Positions 29,188-38,766 of a stretch of DNA of 64,000 nucleotides are shown here, piece by piece. The position numbers were made by a program, and so were the translations under genes. Numbering within the stretch: the stretch's first letter is position 1; the number at the start of each line of letters is the position of its first letter. Under the pieces are notes generated by a model, which worked only from the letters and a program-made list of their open reading frames with translations, did no database searches and was not told the DNA's origin. This stretch comes from an uncultured Treponema sp. (GTDB taxonomy: Bacteria > Spirochaetota > Spirochaetia > Treponematales > Treponemataceae): positions 46,095 through 110,094 of the forward strand of contig CALCRU010000055.1 in assembly GCA_937894335.1 (NCBI GenBank), written 5' to 3'.

Positions 29188-29508
29188 CTAGTAGGATATT
29201 TCACCCTCAAGAACCCTGCGGAATGCGGAATTTTCCTTTTTGAGTTCCTTGCTTCCGCGGGTAATGTTACACAGCGAGAGGTTGTATTTTTTTGCAATCT
29301 CACGCTGAGTGGTTCCGGCATAAAGGGCCTTTACAAGGCACCACCTCTTTGCCAGATCCTTGCGCTCGGCCGGCGAAACAAGGCAGTCAAGAAACTCCCT
29401 CATAAACTGTTCGTCTTTTATTCCGGTAAGGATTCTGCACACCTGAGAAAAGGACTCTTCAAATTCCTTTGCAGTAGAACTTGTCACTTCAGTTTTCTTT
29501 GTAGCCAT
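29188..29508 (-). CDS. TrpR-like (YerC/YecD) transcriptional regulator
   Basis: ERKDLAKRW and TQREIA..LSLCNITRGS helix-turn-helix. Confidence 0.85.
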   Translation of the reverse strand: MATKKTEVTSSTAKEFEESFSQVCRILTGIKDEQFMREFLDCLVSPAERKDLAKRWCLVKALYAGTTQREIAKKYNLSLCNITRGSKELKKENSAFRRVLEGEISY

Positions 29509-29557
29509 GGGGGCATTGTAGCATATTTTAAGAAAAAATCAAATATATGCAACAAAC

Positions 29558-29816
29558 AAGACTGTACATGCTATCAGAAAATGTGTCGGTCAAATCCACG
29601 GTTGCGCGAATTTGGTATCAGACTCGCTCTGCTCGCACGCGCAAAATGGATTTGCCACAGCATTTTCTTACCGCATGCACAGTTTTCTTTGCATGACACT
29701 TTTTCAGTCCTTTTTCGCTTACGCCTGTCTTTCCTGCACACCTTTTCACCGCAGGGCTTTTCTTAGCGTAAGATTTTTATCTCTTTGTAAAATGTATTTG
29801 CCACAGCATTTTCTTA
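29558..29816. repeat. Large imperfect palindrome plus 28-bp direct repeat
   Basis: Nested arms 29558-71/29673-86, 29576-83/29661-68, 29591-98/29647-54, 29602-08/29638-44; AAAATGKATTTGCCACAGCATTTTCTTA at 29643 and 29789. Confidence 0.7.
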
Positions 29817-29818
29817 TA

Positions 29819-31612
29819 CTACAGAAGTTCAAACTGGGAACTATAGAGTTTGTAGTACTCGCCTTTTTTTGCCATCAGTTCGTAGTGAGAGCCTGCCTCT
29901 ATAATTTTTCCGTGATCAACATAAAAAATAGTCTCGCAGTTTTTTATTGTAGAAAGTCTGTGGGCAATAATAAAGCTGGTCCTTCCCCTAAGCAGTTTGT
30001 AAAGCCCCTTCTGCAAAAGAATTTCCGTCTCTGTGTCGATTGAACTTGTGGCCTCGTCAAGAATAAGAATTCTCGGGTCAGCAAGAAGAGCCCTTGCAAA
30101 GGAAATAAGTTGTCTTTGTCCTGCAGAAAGCCGTGAGCCTCTTTCCCTTACTTCCGTATTGTATCCTTTTTCCATCTGCATTATAAAGTCATGGGCGCAC
30201 ACTGTCTTTGCCGCAGCCACAACATCTTCGTCAGAAGCATTCATATTTCCGTAACGGATGTTGTCCATGATTGTTCCCTTAAATATAAAGCTGTCCTGCA
30301 TCATTACTCCCATCTGGGTGCGAAGGGAATTTATGGTCATGTTCTGCAAGTCGTTTCCGTCAACAAGAATGCTTCCTGAGGTAGGATTGTAAAATCGACT
30401 CAGAAGGTTTACCAGCGTACTCTTTCCGGCACCTGTTGGTCCTACTATTGCAACAGAATCTCCCGGCATAACAGTAAAACTTACATCATCCAAAACCCTT
30501 ATGTCGTCTTCATAGCAGAAAGACACATTTTTGTACTCCACTTTTCCCGTTATGGGAGGAAGCACTTTTGCATTTGGCGAATCGCAAACGGTAACGGGAG
30601 TGTCTATAGTTTCAAAAATACGCTCCACATAGGAAACTGCCGTAAGGAGATTGTTTATAAAATCCGCAAGAGTCTGAATAGGCTGCCAGAAACGGCTGAT
30701 GTATGCAGTAAAGGCAACCAGAGTTCCCACTGTAACAGCAGAACCACCCATGCTAAATCCTGTAATTATCCAGCGGACTCCAAGGGCATAGACTGCAACT
30801 GTTGTAGCCGTAGAAATTATCTGAACAAAGGGACCCATTAAAAATCCTATGCGGACTGCATGAAGCCAAGCTCTTCTGTATGCTCCAGAAAGATTGTCAA
30901 ATATGCGGATGTTTTCTTCTTCCCTAACAAAGGACTGAGTTACCCTGATTCCGTTTATGCTTTCTGAAATATATGCATTAAGGTTTGACTGCTTGTTGCT
31001 CTGCACCCTCCACAGCTTTCTCTGATGCTTTTTAAGAACCGTAACATAAAGGATGAATACGGGAAGTCCGCACAAGACCACAAGGGTAAGAGGCACATTT
31101 ATTGCAAACATAAATGCAATTATGAATATGAGGGAACACAAGTCTGTTACCGTGTTTACAAGACCGTTGGAAAGAACATCAGAAAGATTGTTTACATAGT
31201 TTACAATACGAACCTGAATTTTTCCATGAGGACGGGAATCAAAATAGGAAAAGGGAAGTTTCAAGACATGCTCAAACAGGTCGTAGCGCAAGTCGTGAAC
31301 TATGCTTTGTCCCACATTTGTCATAATCCTGATTTTTATTTTCATTGCAACAACAGTAAAAAGTGAAATCGCAAGCATGGCTCCACCCAGCATCAGTATT
31401 GATTTAAAATCCTTTGTCGGAATAAAGTTGTCCATAATCAACTTAAGGAAGTAAGGAAAAAGCATGCCCAGAGCAGCCGTAATCAGCATAAGGAAAATAA
31501 TCATTACCATGCTTTTTGCGTGAGGCTTTACATATTTTCCTAAGCGCAGAAGCTGTGCAAAGTCGTAGGACTCTTCAAGACTTTCGTCCACATCATATTT
31601 ATTTCTTGCCAT
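29819..31612 (-). CDS. Multidrug-type ABC exporter, fused permease/ATPase (heterodimer half)
   Basis: TM domain, GPTGAGKST, LSAGQRQ, ILDEATS, IAHRLST. Confidence 0.93.
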   Translation of the reverse strand: MARNKYDVDESLEESYDFAQLLRLGKYVKPHAKSMVMIIFLMLITAALGMLFPYFLKLIMDNFIPTKDFKSILMLGGAMLAISLFTVVAMKIKIRIMTNVGQSIVHDLRYDLFEHVLKLPFSYFDSRPHGKIQVRIVNYVNNLSDVLSNGLVNTVTDLCSLIFIIAFMFAINVPLTLVVLCGLPVFILYVTVLKKHQRKLWRVQSNKQSNLNAYISESINGIRVTQSFVREEENIRIFDNLSGAYRRAWLHAVRIGFLMGPFVQIISTATTVAVYALGVRWIITGFSMGGSAVTVGTLVAFTAYISRFWQPIQTLADFINNLLTAVSYVERIFETIDTPVTVCDSPNAKVLPPITGKVEYKNVSFCYEDDIRVLDDVSFTVMPGDSVAIVGPTGAGKSTLVNLLSRFYNPTSGSILVDGNDLQNMTINSLRTQMGVMMQDSFIFKGTIMDNIRYGNMNASDEDVVAAAKTVCAHDFIMQMEKGYNTEVRERGSRLSAGQRQLISFARALLADPRILILDEATSSIDTETEILLQKGLYKLLRGRTSFIIAHRLSTIKNCETIFYVDHGKIIEAGSHYELMAKKGEYYKLYSSQFELL

Positions 31613-33343
31613 TTACCTATCCTCTTTTGCATCATACTGATGATGATAAACTGACGCATAATATCCGCCTGCTGCCACAAGTTCTTCATGAGTACCCCGC
31701 TCTATTATCTTTCCGTCGTTCATTACAAGAATAAGGTCACAGTCCTTTACGCTAGAAATTCTGTAGGCAATTACAAAGAGCGTTCTGTTCTGCGTAACGG
31801 TTTTAAGCGCCTTCTGAATCTGAGTTTCAGTCTCCATGTCAACTGCACTTGTAGTGTCGTCAAGAATGATTATGGCAGGATCTTTTAACAGCGCACGGGC
31901 CAGAGAAATACGCTGCTTCTGTCCTCCGCTCAGTCCAACTCCTCTTTCCCCAACAATGGTATCGTAACCTTCGGGCAGGGATCGTATAAAGGAGTCTGCA
32001 TCAGCAAGACGAGCCGCCGCTTCAACTTTTTCAAAGGGACAAGAAGGATCACCGTATGCAATGTTTCCTTCAATGGTGTCGCTAAAGAGAAAGACATCCT
32101 GCATTGCCATTCCGATTGAATCCCTAAGCCTGTGCATGTCCATGTCACGAACATCAGTTCCGTCAACAAGAATGCGTCCCGAAGAAACATCGTAAAATCT
32201 GCACAGAAGATTCATAACGGTAGTCTTTCCGCTTCCAGTGTTTCCCAGAATGCCCACGCTATGTCCGCTTTCAACAGAAAAACTTACATCCTTTAAAATG
32301 TGTTCGCCGTTGGTAACATAATCAACATGCTCAAAAGAAACAGAACCTCGAATTCCCTGAGGCAAAACAGGATTTTCTTTTTCCTTTACAACAGGCTCTT
32401 CTGTGTAAGTCTTGTAAATTTTGTCTATTGACGCCTTAAACCTCATGCAGTCGTTTATGAGCCATCCCATCATGCGAAGTGGCCATGTAAGCATCCACAG
32501 GTAGCCGTTTACAGTAACCAAATCGCCCAAAGACATTTCGCCCTTTATGGCAAGGTAGCCTCCAAAGACAAGAAGAATTACCGTAAGGGCAGTACTTAAA
32601 AACTCAAAAATGGGAACATACTTCTGCCAGATTTTTGAAGCGTTGATTTCGCTTGCTCGGTATGCGGCATTTTCTTTTTCAAATCGATTAAGTTCAAAAC
32701 CTTCTTTTGCAAAGGCGCGCACAACCCTATTTGCTGCAATGTTTTCCTGCACATAAGAGTTCAGGTTTGAAAAGCACTGACGAACCTTAGCAAAGGCTGG
32801 ACCTACTGCCTTCATCTGCAGCCAGACAAAGAGAACTGTAAAGGGAAGCACAGCAATGAACATAAGGGCCAGTTTTACGCTTACAAAGAAAATCATTACA
32901 AGGGAAGCAATGAGCCAGACACTGTTGCGAAAGAGGTTGTAAATTACATAGGCTACAAAATGCCTTACCGCATCCATGTCTCCTGTCTGACGGCTCATCA
33001 GATCTCCGGTTCTGTTGGCATTGTAAAAGGTAAAGTCTTCGTGCAAAAGTTTTTTGTAAACCTCGTGCCTCATGTCGTACAGTACACCTTGGGAAGATTT
33101 TTCAAAAAGCATAAGGGCAAGATACTGAAAGCCTTCGCGAAAGACAGAGACAAAAATAAGAAGCCCCATGCAGGGCCACAGGTACTCATATTCCTTACCC
33201 ATGATTACATGGTCTACCACAAAGCCCGAAATCTTAGGATTGATGACAGACATTGTGGAAACGACGGTAATAATCACCAGACCAACAATCATCTTTGCCC
33301 GGTGTTTTTTAAGGAACGAATTGAACCACGAAATTGAACTCAT
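31613..33343 (-). CDS. Multidrug-type ABC exporter, fused permease/ATPase (degenerate-site half)
   Basis: TM domain, GNTGSGKT, LSGGQKQ, degenerate Walker B ILDDTTS and switch IAYR. Confidence 0.93.
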   Translation of the reverse strand: MSSISWFNSFLKKHRAKMIVGLVIITVVSTMSVINPKISGFVVDHVIMGKEYEYLWPCMGLLIFVSVFREGFQYLALMLFEKSSQGVLYDMRHEVYKKLLHEDFTFYNANRTGDLMSRQTGDMDAVRHFVAYVIYNLFRNSVWLIASLVMIFFVSVKLALMFIAVLPFTVLFVWLQMKAVGPAFAKVRQCFSNLNSYVQENIAANRVVRAFAKEGFELNRFEKENAAYRASEINASKIWQKYVPIFEFLSTALTVILLVFGGYLAIKGEMSLGDLVTVNGYLWMLTWPLRMMGWLINDCMRFKASIDKIYKTYTEEPVVKEKENPVLPQGIRGSVSFEHVDYVTNGEHILKDVSFSVESGHSVGILGNTGSGKTTVMNLLCRFYDVSSGRILVDGTDVRDMDMHRLRDSIGMAMQDVFLFSDTIEGNIAYGDPSCPFEKVEAAARLADADSFIRSLPEGYDTIVGERGVGLSGGQKQRISLARALLKDPAIIILDDTTSAVDMETETQIQKALKTVTQNRTLFVIAYRISSVKDCDLILVMNDGKIIERGTHEELVAAGGYYASVYHHQYDAKEDR

Positions 33344-33419
33344 GCCTCTTTTTTATAGCAAGACAGGACAAAAAGAAACTAGAAAAATTGCACAAAGAAA
33401 CTTAAAAAAGCAGACAAAA

Positions 33420-33473
33420 ACCCGACAAAGAAAAAGGGAAGTTCTGGGGAACTTCCCTTTTTCTTTGTCGGGT
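33420..33473 (-). terminator. Terminator after tRNA-Pro, perfect 25-bp stem
   Basis: ACCCGACAAAGAAAAAGGGAAGTTC-TGGG-GAACTTCCCTTTTTCTTTGTCGGGT. Confidence 0.8.
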
Positions 33474-33540
33474 AACCCGGATTCGAACCGGGGACCTCTA
33501 AGTCCCGAACCTAGCGCGCTACCAGCTGCGCTATTACCCG
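33468..33540 (-). tRNA. tRNA-Pro(CGG)
   Basis: Cloverleaf CGGGTAA/TTACCCG, anticodon arm CTAGG-TTCGGGA-CTTAG, GTTCGAATC; CCA not encoded. Confidence 0.96.
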
Positions 33541-33573
33541 AAAAAAAAACCCATCTTTAAAGATGGGTTGAAA

Positions 33574-33647
33574 CGGGATGTACGGGACTCGAACCCGTGG
33601 TCTCCGGCGTGACAGGCCAGCGCGATAACCAACTTCGCTAACACCCC
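33574..33647 (-). tRNA. tRNA-Asp(GTC)
   Basis: GGGGTGT/ACATCCC acceptor, CTGGC-CTGTCAC-GCCGG anticodon arm, GTTCGAGTC; CCA not encoded. Confidence 0.96.
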
Positions 33648-33659
33648 ATAACAGGAGTG

Positions 33660-33688
33660 ACTATAGCAAAAAAAGAACATCATGTCAA
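33660..33688 (-). promoter_or_regulatory. Sigma70 promoter of the tRNA pair
   Basis: TTGACA-17bp-TATAGT with TG extension. Confidence 0.85.
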
Positions 33689-33727
33689 TAGAAAAATTAC
33701 AAATTTTATAAAATCCATTTCTTTCCG

Positions 33728-33756
33728 TTGACAGGCAGTTTTTAGAGTGCTATCAT
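33728..33756 (+). promoter_or_regulatory. Sigma70 promoter of the chaperone gene
   Basis: TTGACA-17bp-TATCAT with TG extension. Confidence 0.8.
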
Positions 33757-33798
33757 GTTCTATCACATTTAACATATTATTATAGTAAGGATTTTTTT

Positions 33799-35307
33799 AT
33801 GGCACAGGAAAAACAGCATAAAAAACTTGACGGTGTAAAAATCGGAGCAATCATCATCCTCATTCTTTCGGCACTGGTCTTTGTCTTCTTTGGATTCGGA
33901 GCAGATGTCTACTCATCCCTTCTCAATTCAAACTCAAAGCTTCCCGTATTTGGAAAATATGAAGGTAGAAAAATAGAATACAAGCCCGGTACAGACTACT
34001 TTGTTCGCGTGTCAGAACTTGCACAGCGCTTCCAGAATGCAGGCTACACCATGGACACTCAGACACAGTACTATGTGTTCCACGAAGCATACATCCAGAC
34101 AATTCAGGACAGGCTTTATACAAAGAGCGTTCAGAAAAGCGGATACATTGTTCCCGACTCTGCAATAAACCGCCAGTTGGTTCAGAACAGCCGCTTCCTT
34201 GACAACGAGGGAAAATTCTCACAGAAGATGTATTCCACTACAGACCAGTCAACAATCACTACCTTAAGGACAAACATTGAAGACGCCCTTACATTTAGCC
34301 GCTACGCTGATGATGTTTTGGGAAGCGACCTTTCTCTTGACGGAAACAGCCTCTACGGACTTAAGTCTGCCTCTGCCGAAACAGACTTTATTGCAAAAAT
34401 GGCAGCAGAAAAGAAATCCTTTACAGTTGCCGCATTCTCTACAGACAACTTTCCAAAGGAAGAAGCAGTTACCTACGCAAAAGAAAATGGCGAAAAGTTT
34501 ACAAGCTACGATCTTTCGGTAATCACTGTTGATGCAAAGAGCGATGCCGAATCAATTCTTAAGCAGATTAAGGCAAACGAACTTTTGTTTGAAGATGCAG
34601 TTGCAGATAAATCCGCAGGATACTATGCAGAAACTGACGGAAAAATCTCAAGCCCCTACCGCTATCAGATTGCAAATACAATCAAAAACGAGGAAGACAT
34701 TGAAAAAGTAACCTCTCTTGCTCAGGGCGAACTTTCCGAAGTAATAGAAACAAACCGTGGATACAGCATCTTTAGGGCAGACGGTTCACCCAAAGCCGCA
34801 GACCTTACAGACGAAGCCACAGTTTCGCTCATTCTTTCGTACATGAAGACTTACGAATCAGGCTATGTAGAAAACTACTACTCCGACATTGCAAGAAACT
34901 TTATAGCAGATGCCGCAATCAACGGATTTGAAAACGCATGTGCAAAGTTTGGCATTGAAGCCCAGCAGGTTCAGGCCTTCCCCCTTAACTACGGAAACGC
35001 AGACTTTATTGCAACCAACCCCAGCGATATAACAAGCCTTACTGGACTTTATCTTAACGAAAACGCACTGGAAAAGATGTTTGCCCTTAAGGTTAACGAA
35101 ATAAGCGAACCCTTTGTTTTAAGCGGATATGTAAATGTAGCGCAGTGCACGGGCATTCAGTCAGAAGAAACAGACACTTCTTCATTTGCCTCTCTTACTC
35201 TTGATGCCGACGACTCAAGCGCAAGAAGCACAATGCTCAGAAGCGACAAACTAGAAGACGACTTTACAAATGTCTTCTTTGACTACATGCTCAGCAGTTC
35301 TTACTAA
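33799..35307 (+). CDS. PpiD/SurA-like membrane-anchored periplasmic chaperone
   Basis: N-terminal TM anchor, SurA-N-like helical region (FLDNEGKFS), degenerate parvulin (GELSEVIETNRGYSIF). Confidence 0.72.
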   Translation: MAQEKQHKKLDGVKIGAIIILILSALVFVFFGFGADVYSSLLNSNSKLPVFGKYEGRKIEYKPGTDYFVRVSELAQRFQNAGYTMDTQTQYYVFHEAYIQTIQDRLYTKSVQKSGYIVPDSAINRQLVQNSRFLDNEGKFSQKMYSTTDQSTITTLRTNIEDALTFSRYADDVLGSDLSLDGNSLYGLKSASAETDFIAKMAAEKKSFTVAAFSTDNFPKEEAVTYAKENGEKFTSYDLSVITVDAKSDAESILKQIKANELLFEDAVADKSAGYYAETDGKISSPYRYQIANTIKNEEDIEKVTSLAQGELSEVIETNRGYSIFRADGSPKAADLTDEATVSLILSYMKTYESGYVENYYSDIARNFIADAAINGFENACAKFGIEAQQVQAFPLNYGNADFIATNPSDITSLTGLYLNENALEKMFALKVNEISEPFVLSGYVNVAQCTGIQSEETDTSSFASLTLDADDSSARSTMLRSDKLEDDFTNVFFDYMLSSSY

Positions 35308-35315
35308 CAAGGCGA

Positions 35316-36956
35316 ATGGAAAACATTCAAATGCAAAAGCCCCGTCTGGTTCCTGCCGGTCAGGGCTTTTCTTCTTTAAACACAGTAGAATACAAAAACC
35401 GCTTTCTCTATTCAAAATACAATCCAACTCAAGCCATTCAAAAAACACTTGACTCACTTACAATTTTACCTGGCACAATAGTAATTGCCTGTTCCCCCGC
35501 CCTTTGGTACGGACTTGAAACGCTGGAAGAAAAATGTGGCGACACCTCCATGATTATTGCCTTTGAAGCTGATGAAGTACTTTGTGAATTTGCAAAAGAA
35601 AATTTACCAAAAGAAAAAAACATTCCCCTGTTTTCAAAAAAGACACTCCTTAAGATGGACTCGCTCATAAGGGAAAAAACACTTACGGGAAACTACAGGC
35701 GTGTTATTCGGATAGACATGAGTGCTGGCGTTCAGTTTGAAGGCGAACTCTACAGCCGCGTAGAAGCCTCTTCGGAAGACATTGTGGCCTCCTTCTGGAA
35801 AAGCCGCGTTACCATTACCCTTTTAGGCCGACTCTTTGCAAAAAACATTTTTAAAAACCTTACTCTAATAAAAAAAGGTCTCACCCTTAGCGATGTGCGA
35901 AAAACCGTAGAAAAACCCATTCTTGTGTGCGGAGCGGGAGAAAGCCTTGACGCAACACTAAAAGACATAAAAGGCATGGAAAAAGATTTTTTTATTCTTG
36001 CCGTAGATGCTTCACTTTCCTGCCTTAGAGAAAACCACATCTGTCCTCATGCGGCAGTGGGCGTAGAAAGTCAGCTTGCAATACAAAAGGCCTACATTGG
36101 ATTTAAAGGCAACGAGTTTCCAGTATTTCTAGACATATGTTCCAGGACACAGGTTGCACGAATGTTTTCTGACAGAGTCATATGGTTCTGCTCAGAATAT
36201 GCCCATGGAGAATTTCTAAAAAAGATTGAAGAAAATTTTTTTGAGGGGGCAGTTCTTCCTCCTTTAGGTTCGGTGGGATTAAGCGCAGTATGCATAGCAC
36301 TAGCCTTACGAAAAGACGATTCCATTCCCATTTTTGTAAGCGGACTGGACTTTTCATTTTCTGCAGGACGGACACATGCAAAGTCAGCACCGGCAGAACT
36401 TGCCCGGCTTTCTTCCTGCACGAAAATTATCCCCCATGAAAACTACAGTGCCCTACTGCCTCCGTGTTTTGCTGTTCAGACAAAAGACGGTTCAAAAATG
36501 TTCACAACCCCTTCCATGGCCCTTTATGCCAAGATGTTCTGCGAACAGTTTTCAGGAATGCAGAATGTGTATGACTCTGGCCTTTGCGGACTTTCTCTTG
36601 GCATAGAGCAGAAAAAACCTCAGGCAGGACAGTTTAAAAATCAGAGTGAAAAAAAATCGGCATTTGAAATAAAACTTGAAGAAAAAAACAGCAGTAAAAA
36701 TCCCCGTGACTTTTACCGCAAAGAAAAGGAAGCGCTTTTAGAAATAAAGGACCTTCTTACAAACGGAGAAAATTCTTCCCACAGGGAAAAGACTATTTCG
36801 CTAACCCAACAGTTAGAAAATCTTCTTAAAGAAAGGGAATATCTTTACCTACACTTTCCCGACGGATACAAACTGAGCATGGAAAGCCCCTTCCTAAAAC
36901 GCGTAAGGGCAGAACTGGATCCCTTTCTTCGCATAATGGAAGAAGGCTCCCTCTAG
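35316..36956 (+). CDS. DUF115 / motility accessory factor (Maf)-like protein
   Basis: LYSKYNP, VCGAGESLD, LAVDASL, GSVG and GLDFSF motifs. Confidence 0.72.
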   Translation: MENIQMQKPRLVPAGQGFSSLNTVEYKNRFLYSKYNPTQAIQKTLDSLTILPGTIVIACSPALWYGLETLEEKCGDTSMIIAFEADEVLCEFAKENLPKEKNIPLFSKKTLLKMDSLIREKTLTGNYRRVIRIDMSAGVQFEGELYSRVEASSEDIVASFWKSRVTITLLGRLFAKNIFKNLTLIKKGLTLSDVRKTVEKPILVCGAGESLDATLKDIKGMEKDFFILAVDASLSCLRENHICPHAAVGVESQLAIQKAYIGFKGNEFPVFLDICSRTQVARMFSDRVIWFCSEYAHGEFLKKIEENFFEGAVLPPLGSVGLSAVCIALALRKDDSIPIFVSGLDFSFSAGRTHAKSAPAELARLSSCTKIIPHENYSALLPPCFAVQTKDGSKMFTTPSMALYAKMFCEQFSGMQNVYDSGLCGLSLGIEQKKPQAGQFKNQSEKKSAFEIKLEEKNSSKNPRDFYRKEKEALLEIKDLLTNGENSSHREKTISLTQQLENLLKEREYLYLHFPDGYKLSMESPFLKRVRAELDPFLRIMEEGSL

Positions 36957-38758
36957 TCGGCATCCTTTTCCTTAAGCACTGCAAGGAATGCGCTCTGGGG
37001 AAGTTCAACATCGCCAGCCATAAGCATGCGCTTTTTACCTTCCTTTTGCTTTTCAAGAAGTTTTCTCTTACGGGTAATGTCGCCACCGTAACACTTTGCA
37101 AGAACATCCTTACGAACGGGATTGACAGTTTCGCGAGCAATAATCTGACTTCCTATTGCACCCTGAATTGCAATCTTAAACTGCTGACGGGCAATTTCGT
37201 CTTTAAGCCGCTCGCACACTTTCTTTGCCCTTTCAACAGCACTCTGCCTAAAGCAAAGTTGAGCAAGGGCATCCACACTTTTTCCGTTAAGAAGAATGTC
37301 AATCTTTACCAAATCAGTGGGGCGGTAGTCGGTAACTTCGTAGTCAAAGCTAGCATAACCTCTGCTGTAGGATTTTAACTTGTCGTAAAAGTCAAACAGA
37401 ACTTCGGCAAGGGGCATGTCGTAGGTAAGTTCGACACGCTTTTCGTCAAGGTACTGCATGTTAGTCTGGGCACCGCGCTTAAGCCTGCAAAGTTCCATAA
37501 TGCTTCCAAGATATTCCGCAGGAGTAATTATTGTTGCCTTAATGTAAGGCTCTTCGGCTGCTTCAATCTTTCCGTCGGGATAGTCGGCAGGATTGTCTAC
37601 CGCAATTTCTTCCTTACCAGCGGCACGAACCTTGTAGCGTACAGAGGGAGCTGTAAAAATTACAACCTGATTAAAATCCCTCTCTAGCCTTTCCTGCACA
37701 ATTTCAAGATGAAGGAGTCCTAAAAATCCGCAGCGAAATCCGTTTCCTAGTGCAAGAGAGTTGTCTTTTTCGTACACGAGGGAAGCGTCATTAAGCTTTA
37801 GTTTTTCCATTGCATCCTTAAGTTCCTCGTAGTCGTTTGAGTCGATGGGATAGATTGAAGAAAAAACTACAGGCTTTACTTCTTTAAATCCAGGAAGAGG
37901 CTCTGGTGCAGGATTTGAGGCAAGGGTAATAGTGTCTCCAACGCGAACATCCTGAACTGTCTTTATTCCTGCAATGATGTAACCCACATCTCCTGCTTCA
38001 AGGGCAGCTTTTTCTTCAAACTTAATTTTAAAAATTCCGGTCTGCTCAACCTTGTAGTCAGTAGAAGAACTCATCAGGCGGATTATGTCTCCTGGCTTAA
38101 CCCTACCTTCCATTATGCGAATATGAACAATGACTCCCCTGTATTCGTCGTAGTGGCAGTCAAAGATAAGGGCCTTTAGAGGAGCGTTAATGTCTCCCTG
38201 TGGCGGAGGAAACTTTGTTACTATTGCTTCCATAAGGTCGTCTATACCCTGACCAGTCTTTGCACTTACCAACTGTGCATCGGAAGAATCAAGTCCAAGA
38301 TCGTGGTCAATCTGTTTTTTAACGCCGTCTATGTCGGCACTTGCCAGATCAATTTTATTTATTACAGGCACAATGGTAAGATCTTGTTCAAGGGCAAGAT
38401 ACATGTTGCTTACAGTCTGGCTTTCAACACCCTGCGTTGCATCAATTAAAAGAAGAGCTCCCTCACAGGAGGCAATGGCACGGCTTACTTCGTAGGAAAA
38501 GTCTACATGTCCGGGAGTGTCTACAAAATTTAGTTCGTAGTCATGACCGTCCTTTGCATGGTAAGGAATTGTTACAGCCTGACTTTTTATTGTGATTCCC
38601 CTTTCTCTTTCAATATCCATGTTGTCAAGAATCTGGTTCATCATTTGGCGGTCTTCTATGATGCGAGCCTTTTGAATAAGCCTGTCAGCAAGAGTTGACT
38701 TTCCGTGGTCAATGTGGGCCGTAATGCAGAAGTTCCGTTTGTATTTTAGTTCAGTCAT
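36953..38758 (-). CDS. lepA: Translation elongation factor 4
   Basis: AHIDHGKSTLADR, RERGITIK, DTPGHVDF, KCYGGDITRKRKLLEKQKEGKKRM. Confidence 0.98.
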   Translation of the reverse strand: MTELKYKRNFCITAHIDHGKSTLADRLIQKARIIEDRQMMNQILDNMDIERERGITIKSQAVTIPYHAKDGHDYELNFVDTPGHVDFSYEVSRAIASCEGALLLIDATQGVESQTVSNMYLALEQDLTIVPVINKIDLASADIDGVKKQIDHDLGLDSSDAQLVSAKTGQGIDDLMEAIVTKFPPPQGDINAPLKALIFDCHYDEYRGVIVHIRIMEGRVKPGDIIRLMSSSTDYKVEQTGIFKIKFEEKAALEAGDVGYIIAGIKTVQDVRVGDTITLASNPAPEPLPGFKEVKPVVFSSIYPIDSNDYEELKDAMEKLKLNDASLVYEKDNSLALGNGFRCGFLGLLHLEIVQERLERDFNQVVIFTAPSVRYKVRAAGKEEIAVDNPADYPDGKIEAAEEPYIKATIITPAEYLGSIMELCRLKRGAQTNMQYLDEKRVELTYDMPLAEVLFDFYDKLKSYSRGYASFDYEVTDYRPTDLVKIDILLNGKSVDALAQLCFRQSAVERAKKVCERLKDEIARQQFKIAIQGAIGSQIIARETVNPVRKDVLAKCYGGDITRKRKLLEKQKEGKKRMLMAGDVELPQSAFLAVLKEKDAD

Positions 38759-38766
38759 AATCACAC

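Noticed and set aside
29581..30043. 61-aa and 143-aa plus-strand ORFs over the palindromic spacer
   Set aside because: No RBS, Phe/Ser-biased translation of repeat DNA, partly antisense to the ABC gene
33420..33473. tRNA 3'-end duplication as an attL/attR integration scar
   Set aside because: The match is inverted and only 6 nt into the tRNA; no integrase or direct repeat in the window
33728..33754. CIRCE-like half site GAGTGCTA
   Set aside because: The left arm does not match TTAGCACTC, and the sequence is explained by an extended -10; no CIRCE was seen before clpB either
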